DNA from: Gammaproteobacteria bacterium
Lineage (GTDB): Bacteria > Pseudomonadota > Gammaproteobacteria > UBA4575
Direction of reading: 5' to 3'
Length of the DNA stretch: 64,000 nucleotides
Assembly (NCBI GenBank): GCA_965243395.1
Contig: CBDEUS010000001.1
Coordinates: forward strand, 736,001-800,000
In this document: positions 53,135 to 63,167 of the stretch, piece by piece
Position numbering within the stretch: the first letter of the stretch is position 1
How the letters are laid out: each line of letters opens with the position of its first letter
Program-made: the position numbers and the translations under genes
Notes under the pieces: model-generated
Database searches by the model: none
What the model saw: the letters and a program-made list of their open reading frames with translations, nothing else
Told to the model about the DNA's origin: nothing

Positions 53135-54736
53135 ATGATGTCTCTTTCGCTGAACTGGCAGAACATTGCTTTGTCAGTGATAGTATGTGCATCTATAATT
53201 ATATTAATATATGCAATTCGCAAGCTATTGCAGCTAAGAGAGATTCGCAAAGAAAATAAAAAACTTAATCTGCTTACTTATCTTTCGCCTATATTACTTT
53301 TTTTCTTTATTTATTTATTTTACTTATCGCTCACACAAACATTAGAACCTATTTATTATTTCGTAGTGATCTCTGCATTTATCACTGCAGTGTTTGTGAG
53401 TTTTGCTATACAAACGCACTATGAAACGGCCGTTTCATTAACTAAATCAAAAGCGCTAGAACATTACTATGCTACGCATGATGATTTAACCGGATTGCCT
53501 AACCTAGGTTTTTTTAATGATCAACTTGAAAAAACGTTAGGAGTATCGCGCAGAGAAGACGATGAATTTGCACTGCTCTTTATCGGGTTAAATCGTTTCA
53601 AAGTGATTAACGAAACATTGGGTTATTTTGTGGGTGATGCTATTTTAAGTGAAATTGCAAACCGTATTCGTTCAGCGCTGAGAAAAACAGATTTAATTGC
53701 AAGATTAGGCGGAGATGAGTTTGCGGTACTTATTAATCCAGTATCAGCTCAGGGCCACATACATACCATTTCTAAAAATATTGCAGAATCCATTCAGGAA
53801 CCTTTGGCGGTGGAAGGCAAACCCACTGATGTGGGCGTTTCTATTGGTGTAGCGATTTATCCTAAGCATGCAAATAACAGTATTGAGCTGATTGAAAAAG
53901 CGCGTAATGCCATGATGGCATCTGAAAGATACGGGCGATCCGTGTTTATTTATGATGAAAATGCGGTTGATAACCAGATTGAAGACATCCAAATTATTGG
54001 CATGTTGCAACGTGCAATTCAAAAAGAACAACTCCTTGTTCTTTATCAACCTCAAGTACGATTAAGCGATGAAAAAGTAATTTCAGCCGAAGCTTTAATT
54101 CGATGGCAACATCCAAATTATGGATTACTCGACCCGGGTAGATTTATACCTTATGCTGAAAAGGCTGGCCTGATATTTGAAATTAATCTTTGGTTGCTTA
54201 AAAAAATCGTTGCATTGCTAGAAAACTGGCATAAGAAAAATCTTCTACTACCTATTGCATTTAATATCACTGCCAATGGGTTTTTGAACAAAGATTTTCA
54301 ACGTGAGCTTAATGCACAGCTTAAAGATCATCTGTGGTTAGCAAAAAACCTCAAAATTGAACTTACAGAAACATCCAGTATTGATCACGTCGAGGAAATT
54401 CATGAATCCATGCTTAATTATAAAAAGCGCGGCCTGAGTTTCAGCTTAGATGATTATGGAACCAAACATGCATCACTCGAGTATTTAAAGCGCTTGCCGT
54501 TTGACGAATTAAAAATTGACCAATCTTTTATGGTCAATGCTGCAACCGATGAAGACAGTAAAGCTATTATTCAACATGCGCAAGAAATTGCACGGCAATT
54601 GAAACTTTCTACCACAGCCGAAGGCATTGAAAATGAAGAGGTCTTAAAAATTGCAAAACAGGCTGGAATCAATAACGGTCAAGGGTATCATTTTAATTCT
54701 GCACTTGATGTGCATGCAATTGAGAAAATAATTTGA
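53135..54736 (+). CDS. membrane-anchored GGDEF-EAL protein (probable phosphodiesterase)
   Basis: Three TM; HDDLTGLPN; RKTD I-site; RLGGDEF; EALIRW, IELTE, LDDYGT, LKIDQSF, AEGIE, QGY. Confidence 0.92.
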   Translation: MMSLSLNWQNIALSVIVCASIIILIYAIRKLLQLREIRKENKKLNLLTYLSPILLFFFIYLFYLSLTQTLEPIYYFVVISAFITAVFVSFAIQTHYETAVSLTKSKALEHYYATHDDLTGLPNLGFFNDQLEKTLGVSRREDDEFALLFIGLNRFKVINETLGYFVGDAILSEIANRIRSALRKTDLIARLGGDEFAVLINPVSAQGHIHTISKNIAESIQEPLAVEGKPTDVGVSIGVAIYPKHANNSIELIEKARNAMMASERYGRSVFIYDENAVDNQIEDIQIIGMLQRAIQKEQLLVLYQPQVRLSDEKVISAEALIRWQHPNYGLLDPGRFIPYAEKAGLIFEINLWLLKKIVALLENWHKKNLLLPIAFNITANGFLNKDFQRELNAQLKDHLWLAKNLKIELTETSSIDHVEEIHESMLNYKKRGLSFSLDDYGTKHASLEYLKRLPFDELKIDQSFMVNAATDEDSKAIIQHAQEIARQLKLSTTAEGIENEEVLKIAKQAGINNGQGYHFNSALDVHAIEKII

Positions 54737-54783
54737 ATGTAGCTTAAAAATTATTGCTAATTTTATGAGATGACTATGCTTAA

Positions 54784-54813
54784 AATTACGCCCAACAAAT
54801 GTTGAGCGTAATT
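54784..54813. terminator. hairpin between convergent genes (probable terminator)
   Basis: AATTACGCCCAACA-AA-TGTTGAGCGTAATT imperfect inverted repeat. Confidence 0.6.
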
Positions 54814-54849
54814 GTATTAAAAGCTATTTAATAAGAAATTATTAAATAG

Positions 54850-55374
54850 TTATTCGCCAGAGGTTAGGGCAGCACCAACTTTACCAGAGATCATTCCGAG
54901 AATTGCACCAACTACAAGTGATACAACAACAATAATTAACGGATTTGTTAGGCTTGCGGAAGTTAGTGATCCCATTGTGAGTGCATCGGGTGTTTGTAAT
55001 GAATAACCCGCGACACTAGCATATCCCAAAACTGAAGCCGGAATTGAAGAGAAGATTTCGATATGTGCCAATAAACACATTATCAAAACAGTTACGCCTA
55101 CAACAATTCCCGCCCAAATTGGTAAGGAAAGAGTATTTGCTAATGGAATGCCTAGGATTATTAATAATGCAATCCAGGCAATTACTGCACCAAGAACGCT
55201 GCAGACAATAGTATTTTGTAATGCTTTACCGTCACCACCAATTGCAAAAAAGCATGCCCATGCGATAAACACGACCCAAATTAATACAATTCCTGACAGT
55301 GGACCAAGACATAATGCAGCGGCGATACCGCCTAAAACACCTATGCTCACTGATAATGCAACAAGACTTTTCAT
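54850..55374 (-). CDS. DUF1097 membrane protein
   Basis: WVVFIAWACFFAIGG, IPASVLGYAS; strong SD GGGAGGAG. Confidence 0.85.
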   Translation of the reverse strand: MKSLVALSVSIGVLGGIAAALCLGPLSGIVLIWVVFIAWACFFAIGGDGKALQNTIVCSVLGAVIAWIALLIILGIPLANTLSLPIWAGIVVGVTVLIMCLLAHIEIFSSIPASVLGYASVAGYSLQTPDALTMGSLTSASLTNPLIIVVVSLVVGAILGMISGKVGAALTSGE

Positions 55375-55472
55375 GATTAGCTCCTCCCGTAGGTGAGAAA
55401 TTGATTTTTATAATTAGTATTCGAGCTAGCTAAGATTTGTACTTGGCTTAGTTCAAGTAAGCACCTTACCTA

Positions 55473-55489
55473 TGCACCATAATTGTGCA
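55473..55489. promoter_or_regulatory. NtrC-type binding site upstream of the DUF1097 gene
   Basis: TGCACCA-TAA-TTGTGCA, one mismatch to TGCACCA-N3-TGGTGCA. Confidence 0.6.
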
Positions 55490-55817
55490 AGCAAAATTCT
55501 AATAATATCTGTAGTTTTTGAAACGTTTTTCATGAAAAGTCATAACAAATTAGTTCAAAAGCTAGTAATTTCCTCTTAAGCATACATTTTTGTAAATTAT
55601 CCATATTCAGTGTGTGTAAATTAAAGTCAATAGTTAGCTGTAAAATCCAATTAACGTAATTGGCAATCAAATAGGTAAAATAGTGCGCTAAAAATAATTT
55701 CGCCCTAAAAACATGGGTTCAATTTTTACAGTACTGATCAAATAATTTAGAAAGAAGCAAACTGGGCACGATCATTAATAGATAAGCGGAACTTAGGTTG
55801 GATAATTAGATTTCTAA

Positions 55818-56615
55818 CTAGGAATAGATCGATAACCAATATCCACCCCAAATTATTAGAGCTACTCCCGTTATCATTCTAGTAGCCGTAGGCGAAATAG
55901 GTAAAACTTTTTCAAGTAATACAAAAATTGTTATGAGTATGACCCAAAGCATATTCATGACACCCACTGCAAACAAAATTAGCATTAATGCCCAACAACA
56001 ACCGACGCAAAATAGTCCGTGATGTAAGCCCATTTGTAATGCACCCATGTTTCCATCCTTCCATGCAGTCATAATAAATCCAATGGGTGTTCGGCATTGG
56101 TTTAGGCATACATCCTTAAGGGGTGTGAATTGATAAATTCCCGCGACAATTAGTATGCCTCCGCTTAACAAATAACTGCGGCTGTCCATCATAGGATCAA
56201 GCAAACCTCTTTCATGCAATGGCCATTGAATAAGGCTCACCACAATACTAAATACCCCCCAAGCCAATAGGTAACCTAATAAAAATAACCACGTAGGCGC
56301 ATAAGGTAACTGTTTTAGTTTTTTACTTTTGTTCACTGTAGCGAACATCGTAACCATAGGAACAACAGTGGGCGTCATCATGGCGACCATCATGGTGAAC
56401 CACATAAAAAACAGCATGAAAAAGTCATAACCGGTCCAAGGTCTTGTTCCGCTACGTGGAGGCATCCACATTTCTACCAAGTGCATGTTTTGCATGGCCC
56501 AGGCCATATAAAACATATAGGCCCAACCTGCTGCCGCCACTAAAAATAAGCCAGTAAGAATTATTTTTTTATCTTTATGACTCAATTGGCCAGATATTGC
56601 CGTATTATTAGTCAT
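55818..56615 (-). CDS. DUF2182 predicted metal-binding integral membrane protein
   Basis: MW.TMMVAMM.P, GIYQFTPLKDVCLNQCR.P, GLFCVGCCWALM, GVMN..W, LEK. Confidence 0.92.
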   Translation of the reverse strand: MTNNTAISGQLSHKDKKIILTGLFLVAAAGWAYMFYMAWAMQNMHLVEMWMPPRSGTRPWTGYDFFMLFFMWFTMMVAMMTPTVVPMVTMFATVNKSKKLKQLPYAPTWLFLLGYLLAWGVFSIVVSLIQWPLHERGLLDPMMDSRSYLLSGGILIVAGIYQFTPLKDVCLNQCRTPIGFIMTAWKDGNMGALQMGLHHGLFCVGCCWALMLILFAVGVMNMLWVILITIFVLLEKVLPISPTATRMITGVALIIWGGYWLSIYS

Positions 56616-56687
56616 AATTTATAGAGAGTTTCTTAAGCTTTTATATATAATGATTATTATCCATTATTACTAGAGTAGGGTACGTAC

Positions 56688-57293
56688 ATGGCAATTTCAA
56701 ACTGGAAAGTTGAAGGAAAATATTTTGAATCATGTAATTGTGAAAATTTATGTCCATGCATTTTATTAAAAGACCCTACTGAAGGCTTTTGTGAAGCTAT
56801 GGTGGGTTGGGAAATTGAAAAAGGTCATTGTGAAGACGTATCTTTGGATGGAGTTAAAGTTGGTGTTTGGCTGCATGCTCCGGGCAACTTAACTGAAGGT
56901 AACTGGAAACTTGCCTTATATGTGGATGAAAGTGCAAGTGAAGAACAGTTTAATGCAGTTTGTTCATTATGGAGCGGTGAAGGCGGTGGTCATTTAGGTG
57001 TAATAGCAGGTCTTGTTGGGGAAGTTATGGGCGCAGAGAAAGCCAAGATTTCATTTGAATATAGTGATAATAAAAAACATTTAGTCATTGAAGGCGTGGG
57101 TGAGAACGAAATGGAACCCATGGAAGGAGCTGATGGCAGGAATGTGATTGTGACGGACCCACCATTAGCAGTTGCACCTAATAATCCAATTACGGTACAT
57201 GTTTCTACTAACGCACACTATGATGGCCACGGGCACACTTGGAAGCAAAGTGGTAAAGCTGGATTAGCGTCACCGTTTCAATACGGACCTTAA
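56688..57293 (+). CDS. DUF1326 protein
   Basis: G.YFESCNC...CPC.....PTEGFC, PGNL.EGNW...LYVDE.A. Confidence 0.92.
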   Translation: MAISNWKVEGKYFESCNCENLCPCILLKDPTEGFCEAMVGWEIEKGHCEDVSLDGVKVGVWLHAPGNLTEGNWKLALYVDESASEEQFNAVCSLWSGEGGGHLGVIAGLVGEVMGAEKAKISFEYSDNKKHLVIEGVGENEMEPMEGADGRNVIVTDPPLAVAPNNPITVHVSTNAHYDGHGHTWKQSGKAGLASPFQYGP

Positions 57294-57412
57294 ATTTCAA
57301 ACTTAACTTTTGATTGGCTAAGAGAATTTTCTTAGGGAATTGCTTTGCTTAAAAAAAGGAAGCAAGAGGAACAAGAAAGACAATAGAAAGTGGAGTTGGA
57401 AAAGAGGTTATC

Positions 57413-57503
57413 TATCTGGCAATCCCGCTGTCTTAGAATTCTTGCTTCCTTAGACCGGTAATTTTGCGCCCCTAGTTTTCACTAGGTTTGCCTTTTTCAG
57501 TAA
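57413..57503 (-). ncRNA. c-di-GMP-I (GEMM-I) riboswitch aptamer
   Basis: Minus strand CTGAAAAAGGCAAACCTAGT-GAAA-ACTAGGGGCGCAAAATTACCGGTCTAAG...AAGACAGCGGGATTGCCAG: GGCAAACC, GNRA-capped P2, GCGCAAA, CCGG.CTAA receptor, GCGGG.TTGCC; P1 CTG/CAG; G at the Vc2 G20 position. Confidence 0.92.
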
Positions 57504-57650
57504 GTTTTATTACCTCAAATTATTAATACACTACAAACTCTATCAAATTATATTAATTATGTGTATGGGGTTTACTTACGCATCTATTTATTTCAGTGAG
57601 TTACATTTGTTAAAACATGTTAATTAAATATAATCTTAATGAGCGGAGCT

Positions 57651-58544
57651 TTAAGGTATTGAATCTGTCTCGGTAAGAGTTGCTTCCGGTGTTTGTTGAA
57701 CTTTCTTTTCTCTCAGGATAATAATGCCTGCAACAATAATAAGCAGTGCTCCAGAAATTGTTATTAATGTCACCAACTCACCCCAGAATACCCAACCAAT
57801 AATTGCGGCAAATAAAATGGAAGAGTAGGTAAAAGGAGCAATTCTACTTGCGGGAGCAAGAATGTAGGATTTTGTAAGTAATAGTTGTCCTACGGTGCCG
57901 AAAGTACCCAATAGTAATAAAATAAACCATTCTTTATTGGTCGGGTTTTGCCAAAACCAAAATAATGGAAAAGCGGACACGGTTAAACTGATTAATCCAA
58001 AATAAAAAACAATTCTGCTTGTTGGCTCGCTAGCAGACATTCTTCTAATCGTAACTTTTGCAAGTGCAGCCAATGCACCGCCTAACAAGCCCACAAGTGA
58101 TGCAATATGGATAGTGCCGGTTGGTTTCAAGACTAGAATCACACCCAAAAAACCAATCATGACTGCCATGATCACTCTTAATGATATGTATTCGCTTAAC
58201 CATATAAAAGCAATGATAGGTATGAAAAGTGGAGCGCTGATTTTCAATAGCATCGCATCAGCGAGTGGCAGCTCAGCTAATGCATAAAAAAAACAATACA
58301 TCGCTGACACACCGGCTAAAGATCGTAAGAAATGCCAACGGATGTTGTCGGTTTTAAGTGTGTTAATTCCTAATTTAAATATAAGTGGTAATAAAACGAT
58401 TAATCCAAACAAGTTTCGAAAGAATACAACATTTTGACTAGGAAGATTGTCAGAAAGCAGTTTTACTAATGAGCCCATACCTACAAAGCATAGTTCTGCA
58501 AGCATTGCAAAAATGCAGCCAAGAATTAAATTATTTTTTTGCAT
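57651..58544 (-). CDS. DMT/EamA-family transporter
   Basis: Ten TM, FFRNLFG, LPLADA, APLF...A..WLSE, APFTYSSILFA; start taken at MQKNN. Confidence 0.9.
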   Translation of the reverse strand: MQKNNLILGCIFAMLAELCFVGMGSLVKLLSDNLPSQNVVFFRNLFGLIVLLPLIFKLGINTLKTDNIRWHFLRSLAGVSAMYCFFYALAELPLADAMLLKISAPLFIPIIAFIWLSEYISLRVIMAVMIGFLGVILVLKPTGTIHIASLVGLLGGALAALAKVTIRRMSASEPTSRIVFYFGLISLTVSAFPLFWFWQNPTNKEWFILLLLGTFGTVGQLLLTKSYILAPASRIAPFTYSSILFAAIIGWVFWGELVTLITISGALLIIVAGIIILREKKVQQTPEATLTETDSIP

Positions 58545-58581
58545 AAAAAAAAAGCCCTTACAGTATTTGCACTGTAAGGGC
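58545..58581 (-). terminator. intrinsic terminator of acnA
   Basis: Minus strand GCCCTTACAGT-GCAAAT-ACTGTAAGGGC followed by nine T. Confidence 0.9.
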
Positions 58582-58605
58582 ATATTCAAAGTTAGTTGCA
58601 AAAGT

Positions 58606-61266
58606 TTATGCAGCCAGTTGTCTTAATACATAATGCAGAATACCACCATTCTGGTAGTACTCTACTTCTTGGGGAGTATCAATACGAACTTTCACATCGA
58701 AAGACTTTTCGCTGCCATTATCGGATTTTGCCGTTACCGTGACAGATTTTGCTGCACCGTTTTGCAAGCCTGTGATGCTGAATACTTCTGTGCCAGTTAA
58801 ACCTAAGCTCTCTGCATTGTCGCCATCATTGTATTGCAGTGGCAGGATACCCATGCCTACCAAGTTTGAGCGGTGAATACGTTCATAGCTTTCCGCGATG
58901 ACTGCGCTAACTCCTTGAAGGCTAGGTCCTTTAGCCGCCCAATCTCGGGATGAGCCTGAACCATATTCTTTGCCCGAAAGAATAATGGTTGGAACATTTT
59001 CATCCTTATATTTCATTGCAGCATCATAAATCGACATCTGCTCACCACTAGGTTGGTGAATTGTGACACCACCTTCGGTACCCGGTGCGAGTTTATTGCG
59101 TAAGCGAATGTTTGCAAAGGTACCGCGCATCATGACTTCATGATTACCACGGCGCGAGCCGTAGGAATTGAAATCTGCCGGGCTTACCCCTTGTTCAATT
59201 AAATACTTTGCGGCAGGGCTATCAGGGGCAATGGCACCTGCAGGAGAAATATGATCGGTTGTAACTGAATCGCCTAAATAGGCAAGTACTCGTGCTCCGT
59301 GTATATCAGAAACATCTCCAACTTCTGCTGTCATACCTTCAAAATAAGGAGGATTGTTGATGTAAGTGGAGTCATCCCATTGATAAAGATTGGTGTTAGC
59401 AGCATCTAAATTATTCCAGTTACTTTCGCCATGGAACACATCTTTATACGACTCAATGTATTGTTCAGTAGTTAAGAAATTTGAAACGATTTCTGTGACT
59501 TCTTGTTGAGTTGGCCAGATATCTTTTAGAAAAACTGAATTGCCGTCCTTGTCTTCTGCAATAGCTTCATTGTAGACGTCGATATCCATTCGACCTGCAA
59601 TGGCATAAGCGACAACCAGGGGAGGAGATGCGAGATAATTCATACGAATTAAGGCATGCACACGTCCTTCAAAGTTACGGTTACCGGATAATACTGATGT
59701 GGTGACTAAATCATTTTCCGTAATGGCATTTGCTACAGGTTCAGGAAGTGGACCAGAGTTTCCGATACAGGTTGTGCAGCCGTAACCAACTACATGAAAA
59801 CCTAATTCTTTCAAATCATCCATCACGCCGGCATTTTCTAAATATTCTGTAACCACGCGTGAACCAGGGGCGAGAGATGTTTTTACCCATGGTTTTACTT
59901 TTACACCTAATGCAGCTGCTTTGCGTGCAACTAAACCTGCTCCTAGCATTACACTAGGATTAGAAGTATTTGTGCAAGATGTGATGGCTGCTAATACTAC
60001 AGCACCATCTGATAATGTTTCTTTATTACCATTAATTTCAATTTCAACACTGCCTGCACTTTGTATATCACGCTCTTCTTTCAGGGCGGCAATATCTCTT
60101 TCAAATGCAGGTTTTGATTCGCTAAGTGAAATGCGATCTTGAGGACGTTTAGGACCAGAGATACTAGGAACCACATCGGCAAGATTTAATTCAATGTGTT
60201 CGCTAAACTCGACACCTTCTCGAACACCCTCGCGCCACATGCCTGTTTCTTTTGCGTAAGCTTCTGCTAAGGCGACGGCTTGTGCGTCACGCCCAGTTTG
60301 TTCTAAGTATCGAATTGTTTCAGCATCAATTGGGAAGATGCCACAGGTTGCACCGTATTCAGGAGCCATATTGGCAATGGTTGCACGGTCTGCAAGAGGT
60401 AACACATCTAAACCATCACCGTAAAATTCTACAAATTTACCTACAACGCCATGTTTGCGTAGCATTTCTACAATAACAAGTACCAGGTCAGTTGCGGTCG
60501 AGCCTTCGGGTAATTTACCAGTTAGTTTAAATCCAACTACTTTTGGAATAAGCATTGAGATGGGTTGACCTAACATTGAAGCTTCAGCCTCAATACCGCC
60601 AACTCCCCAACCAAGCACACCTACACCATTAATCATAGTTGTGTGCGAATCAGTGCCGACTACAGAATCAGGATAAGCTTGTGTGGCTCCGTTTGCATCT
60701 TTAGAAAATATAACGCGGGCTAAATATTCTAAATTGACTTGGTGAACGATTCCGGTACCTGGAGGGACAACTTTAAAGTTTGAAAATACATTTTGGCCCC
60801 ATTTCAAAAATTGATAACGTTCTTTATTACGATTGAACTCTAGTTTTTCATTTAGATCCATAGCTGAATCTGAACCAAAATTGTCTACTTGAACTGAATG
60901 GTCAATGACCATTTCTGCTGGTTGTAATGGATTAATTTTTTCAGGGTCGCCACCAAGTCTTTTCATTGCGTCACGCATAGCTGCTAGATCAACTACACAA
61001 GGCACACCTGTGAAGTCTTGCATCAATACGCGTGCAGGACGGAAGGCAATTTCCTTACTAGGTTCTGCTTTGGCATCCCAATTTAAGATGGCTTCGATAT
61101 CTTCTTTAGTAACCGTTTTGTTGTCTTCATAACGTAGAAGATTTTCAAGTAGGATTTTTATGGAATAGGGTAGACGCTCAGCTTGAGGTAATTTACCTAC
61201 ATTAAATATTTCATAGGATTGTCCATTCACATCTAGGCTGGATTTGGTGTCAAAACTGTTACTCAT
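58606..61266 (-). CDS. acnA: aconitate hydratase A
   Basis: [48 protein letters not shown]. Confidence 0.99.
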   Translation of the reverse strand: MSNSFDTKSSLDVNGQSYEIFNVGKLPQAERLPYSIKILLENLLRYEDNKTVTKEDIEAILNWDAKAEPSKEIAFRPARVLMQDFTGVPCVVDLAAMRDAMKRLGGDPEKINPLQPAEMVIDHSVQVDNFGSDSAMDLNEKLEFNRNKERYQFLKWGQNVFSNFKVVPPGTGIVHQVNLEYLARVIFSKDANGATQAYPDSVVGTDSHTTMINGVGVLGWGVGGIEAEASMLGQPISMLIPKVVGFKLTGKLPEGSTATDLVLVIVEMLRKHGVVGKFVEFYGDGLDVLPLADRATIANMAPEYGATCGIFPIDAETIRYLEQTGRDAQAVALAEAYAKETGMWREGVREGVEFSEHIELNLADVVPSISGPKRPQDRISLSESKPAFERDIAALKEERDIQSAGSVEIEINGNKETLSDGAVVLAAITSCTNTSNPSVMLGAGLVARKAAALGVKVKPWVKTSLAPGSRVVTEYLENAGVMDDLKELGFHVVGYGCTTCIGNSGPLPEPVANAITENDLVTTSVLSGNRNFEGRVHALIRMNYLASPPLVVAYAIAGRMDIDVYNEAIAEDKDGNSVFLKDIWPTQQEVTEIVSNFLTTEQYIESYKDVFHGESNWNNLDAANTNLYQWDDSTYINNPPYFEGMTAEVGDVSDIHGARVLAYLGDSVTTDHISPAGAIAPDSPAAKYLIEQGVSPADFNSYGSRRGNHEVMMRGTFANIRLRNKLAPGTEGGVTIHQPSGEQMSIYDAAMKYKDENVPTIILSGKEYGSGSSRDWAAKGPSLQGVSAVIAESYERIHRSNLVGMGILPLQYNDGDNAESLGLTGTEVFSITGLQNGAAKSVTVTAKSDNGSEKSFDVKVRIDTPQEVEYYQNGGILHYVLRQLAA

Positions 61267-61407
61267 TCAAGCTTCTCCGCAATACGATTTATTTTGTCTA
61301 ATTTTAACTTTAGCTGGGGTCAAAAAGGAGCGTGATTATCAAGCATTTCCTATTAAAGCGGAACTGCCTGTAAGTGGTAATCAAGTTAAAATCAGCCCAG
61401 AGCCAGA

Positions 61408-62037
61408 TTAGACAGTTGAGCTACGCTCCATATCGTGGATGTTGTTAAGTAGCGATTTTCGGCCTAACAATAGGGTCCAGCGCTTTCCATTAGCTTGTTT
61501 CCATAAAACGATAGCACGTATGCCAGCTAAAAGTAGTGCACGTATTTTACTGGCGTTGTTATCTGTTTTTAAATATACCGGATCTCCTTCAATGATCACT
61601 TTGGGCCCTAAAGGGCTGATATATTCGCGATAAAGTTCGCCAAGATCTTGGGTGATATCTTCCAGTGATTCTTCAACTGAATCATATTGATTGTTAATGC
61701 GCTCAAGCTGACTTGATAGTGAATTCACAGTATTACCGCTTACAGCAAATTTGGAAGCGAGATACATAAGATTAATTGCATAGCGTGTTCGTTCGATAGC
61801 ATGTTTCTCATTTTTACTTTGTAGCGCTATTTTTAAGGTTTGAATGCCAAGCTGAAGATTTTCTATGGAACCATAAACATCGAGATAGTTAGCTGGATTG
61901 AGTTTTAAGACGCTAGCAATGGTAGGTGGCATACATGAATGACTACTATCTCCTTCCCACGCAATATTTTGCACTAATGCAAGAGACTGATATAAGCCAG
62001 TAAGTGCGATAGTTTGATCTTGGGTAATGGTAAACAC
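61408..62037 (-). CDS. hflD: high-frequency lysogenization protein HflD
   Basis: ISPLGP...I.G....L......KIRALLLAGIRA.VLW.Q..G.RW; downstream of mnmA. Confidence 0.93.
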   Translation of the reverse strand: MFTITQDQTIALTGLYQSLALVQNIAWEGDSSHSCMPPTIASVLKLNPANYLDVYGSIENLQLGIQTLKIALQSKNEKHAIERTRYAINLMYLASKFAVSGNTVNSLSSQLERINNQYDSVEESLEDITQDLGELYREYISPLGPKVIIEGDPVYLKTDNNASKIRALLLAGIRAIVLWKQANGKRWTLLLGRKSLLNNIHDMERSSTV

Positions 62038-62046
62038 GTAAAAATC

Positions 62047-63132
62047 TTAGTTATATCTTTTGTTAATAATACCACCGCCAAGGCAGATATCATCTTGATA
62101 TAGCACAACACTTTGTCCTGGAGTAATTGCCCATTGAGACTCATCAAAAACGACTTCATAGTTTCCATTGTTAAGACATTTGATAGAGCAGGCTTGATCT
62201 TTTTGTCTATAGCGAGTTTTGGCTTTTAATTTTTCGATTGAATTAGGCTCTTGTTCACTAATCCAATGAAAATCTTGTGTGATTAGTTTTTTATGGAATA
62301 AAGACTCATGCTCTCTGCCTTGGACTACGTATAAAACATTTGAATGAATATCTTTTTCCGTTACATACCAAGGTTCTTCCGAATGCTCTCGTTGCCCGCC
62401 AATCCCTAAACCTTGGCGTTGGCCAATGGTATAAAACATTACGCCTTCATGTTGCCCTATGACTTCTTCATTTAATGTTCTTATCTCACCATGTTTTGCG
62501 GGAATGTAGTTTTGCAAGAAGTCTTTGAATTTTCGTTCGCCAATAAAACAAATTCCGGTGCTGTCTTTTTTATCATATGTGTCGAATTGATTTCGTTGAG
62601 CAAGCTTTCGAACTTGAGACTTTTCTAGTCCACCAATAGGAAATAACGATTTAGCTAATTGTTGTTGATCTAGAGTATGCAGGAAATACGACTGATCTTT
62701 ATTTTCATCTAGGGCCTTGCACAAAGTGTTTCCTATATTAGAGTGAGTACGATTTGCATAATGTCCAGTGGCGATAAAGTCTGCATCTAAGTTGATTGCG
62801 TGATCTAAGAAGGCTCGAAATTTAATTTCCTTGTTACAAATAATGTCAGGGTTGGGGGTGCGGCCAGCTTTGTATTCCGTCAAGAAATATTCAAACACCC
62901 GGTCCCAATATTCACTGGAGAAATTAACGGTGTGTAGTTTGATTCCTATTTGAGTACAAATTTTTTGTGCATCTGCTAAATCAATTGCTGCAGAACAATA
63001 TTCTTCGTCATCATCTTCCTCCCAATTTTTCATAAACAAGCCTTCCACATGGAAACCTTGTTCCGTTAAAAGGTAAGCTGCGACAGAAGAATCTACACCG
63101 CCAGACATACCAACAATAATTTTGGAAGCCAT
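62047..63132 (-). CDS. mnmA: tRNA 2-thiouridylase
   Basis: [42 protein letters not shown]. Confidence 0.99.
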   Translation of the reverse strand: MASKIIVGMSGGVDSSVAAYLLTEQGFHVEGLFMKNWEEDDDEEYCSAAIDLADAQKICTQIGIKLHTVNFSSEYWDRVFEYFLTEYKAGRTPNPDIICNKEIKFRAFLDHAINLDADFIATGHYANRTHSNIGNTLCKALDENKDQSYFLHTLDQQQLAKSLFPIGGLEKSQVRKLAQRNQFDTYDKKDSTGICFIGERKFKDFLQNYIPAKHGEIRTLNEEVIGQHEGVMFYTIGQRQGLGIGGQREHSEEPWYVTEKDIHSNVLYVVQGREHESLFHKKLITQDFHWISEQEPNSIEKLKAKTRYRQKDQACSIKCLNNGNYEVVFDESQWAITPGQSVVLYQDDICLGGGIINKRYN

Positions 63133-63167
63133 GGCTTATGAAACCATAAAATATGGTTGTATGAGAA

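Noticed and set aside
53122-53135. NtrC-like CGCACATTGGTGCA before the GGDEF-EAL gene
   Set aside because: Half-site spacing is three bases too short
56693-57303. 11-bp direct repeat AATTTCAAACT at both ends of the DUF1326 gene
   Set aside because: AT-rich, one copy lies inside the coding start, and no recombinase is nearby; likely chance
57336-57400. Cluster of GGA motifs on the plus strand resembling a CsrB/RsmZ sponge
   Set aside because: The GGAs are not in hairpin loops, and the riboswitch fixes the minus strand as the likelier transcript; kept only as an alternative reading
57562-57580. GacA/UvrY-box-like TGTATG-N7-CTTACG upstream of the riboswitch
   Set aside because: Two mismatches and a spacer of 7 rather than 6
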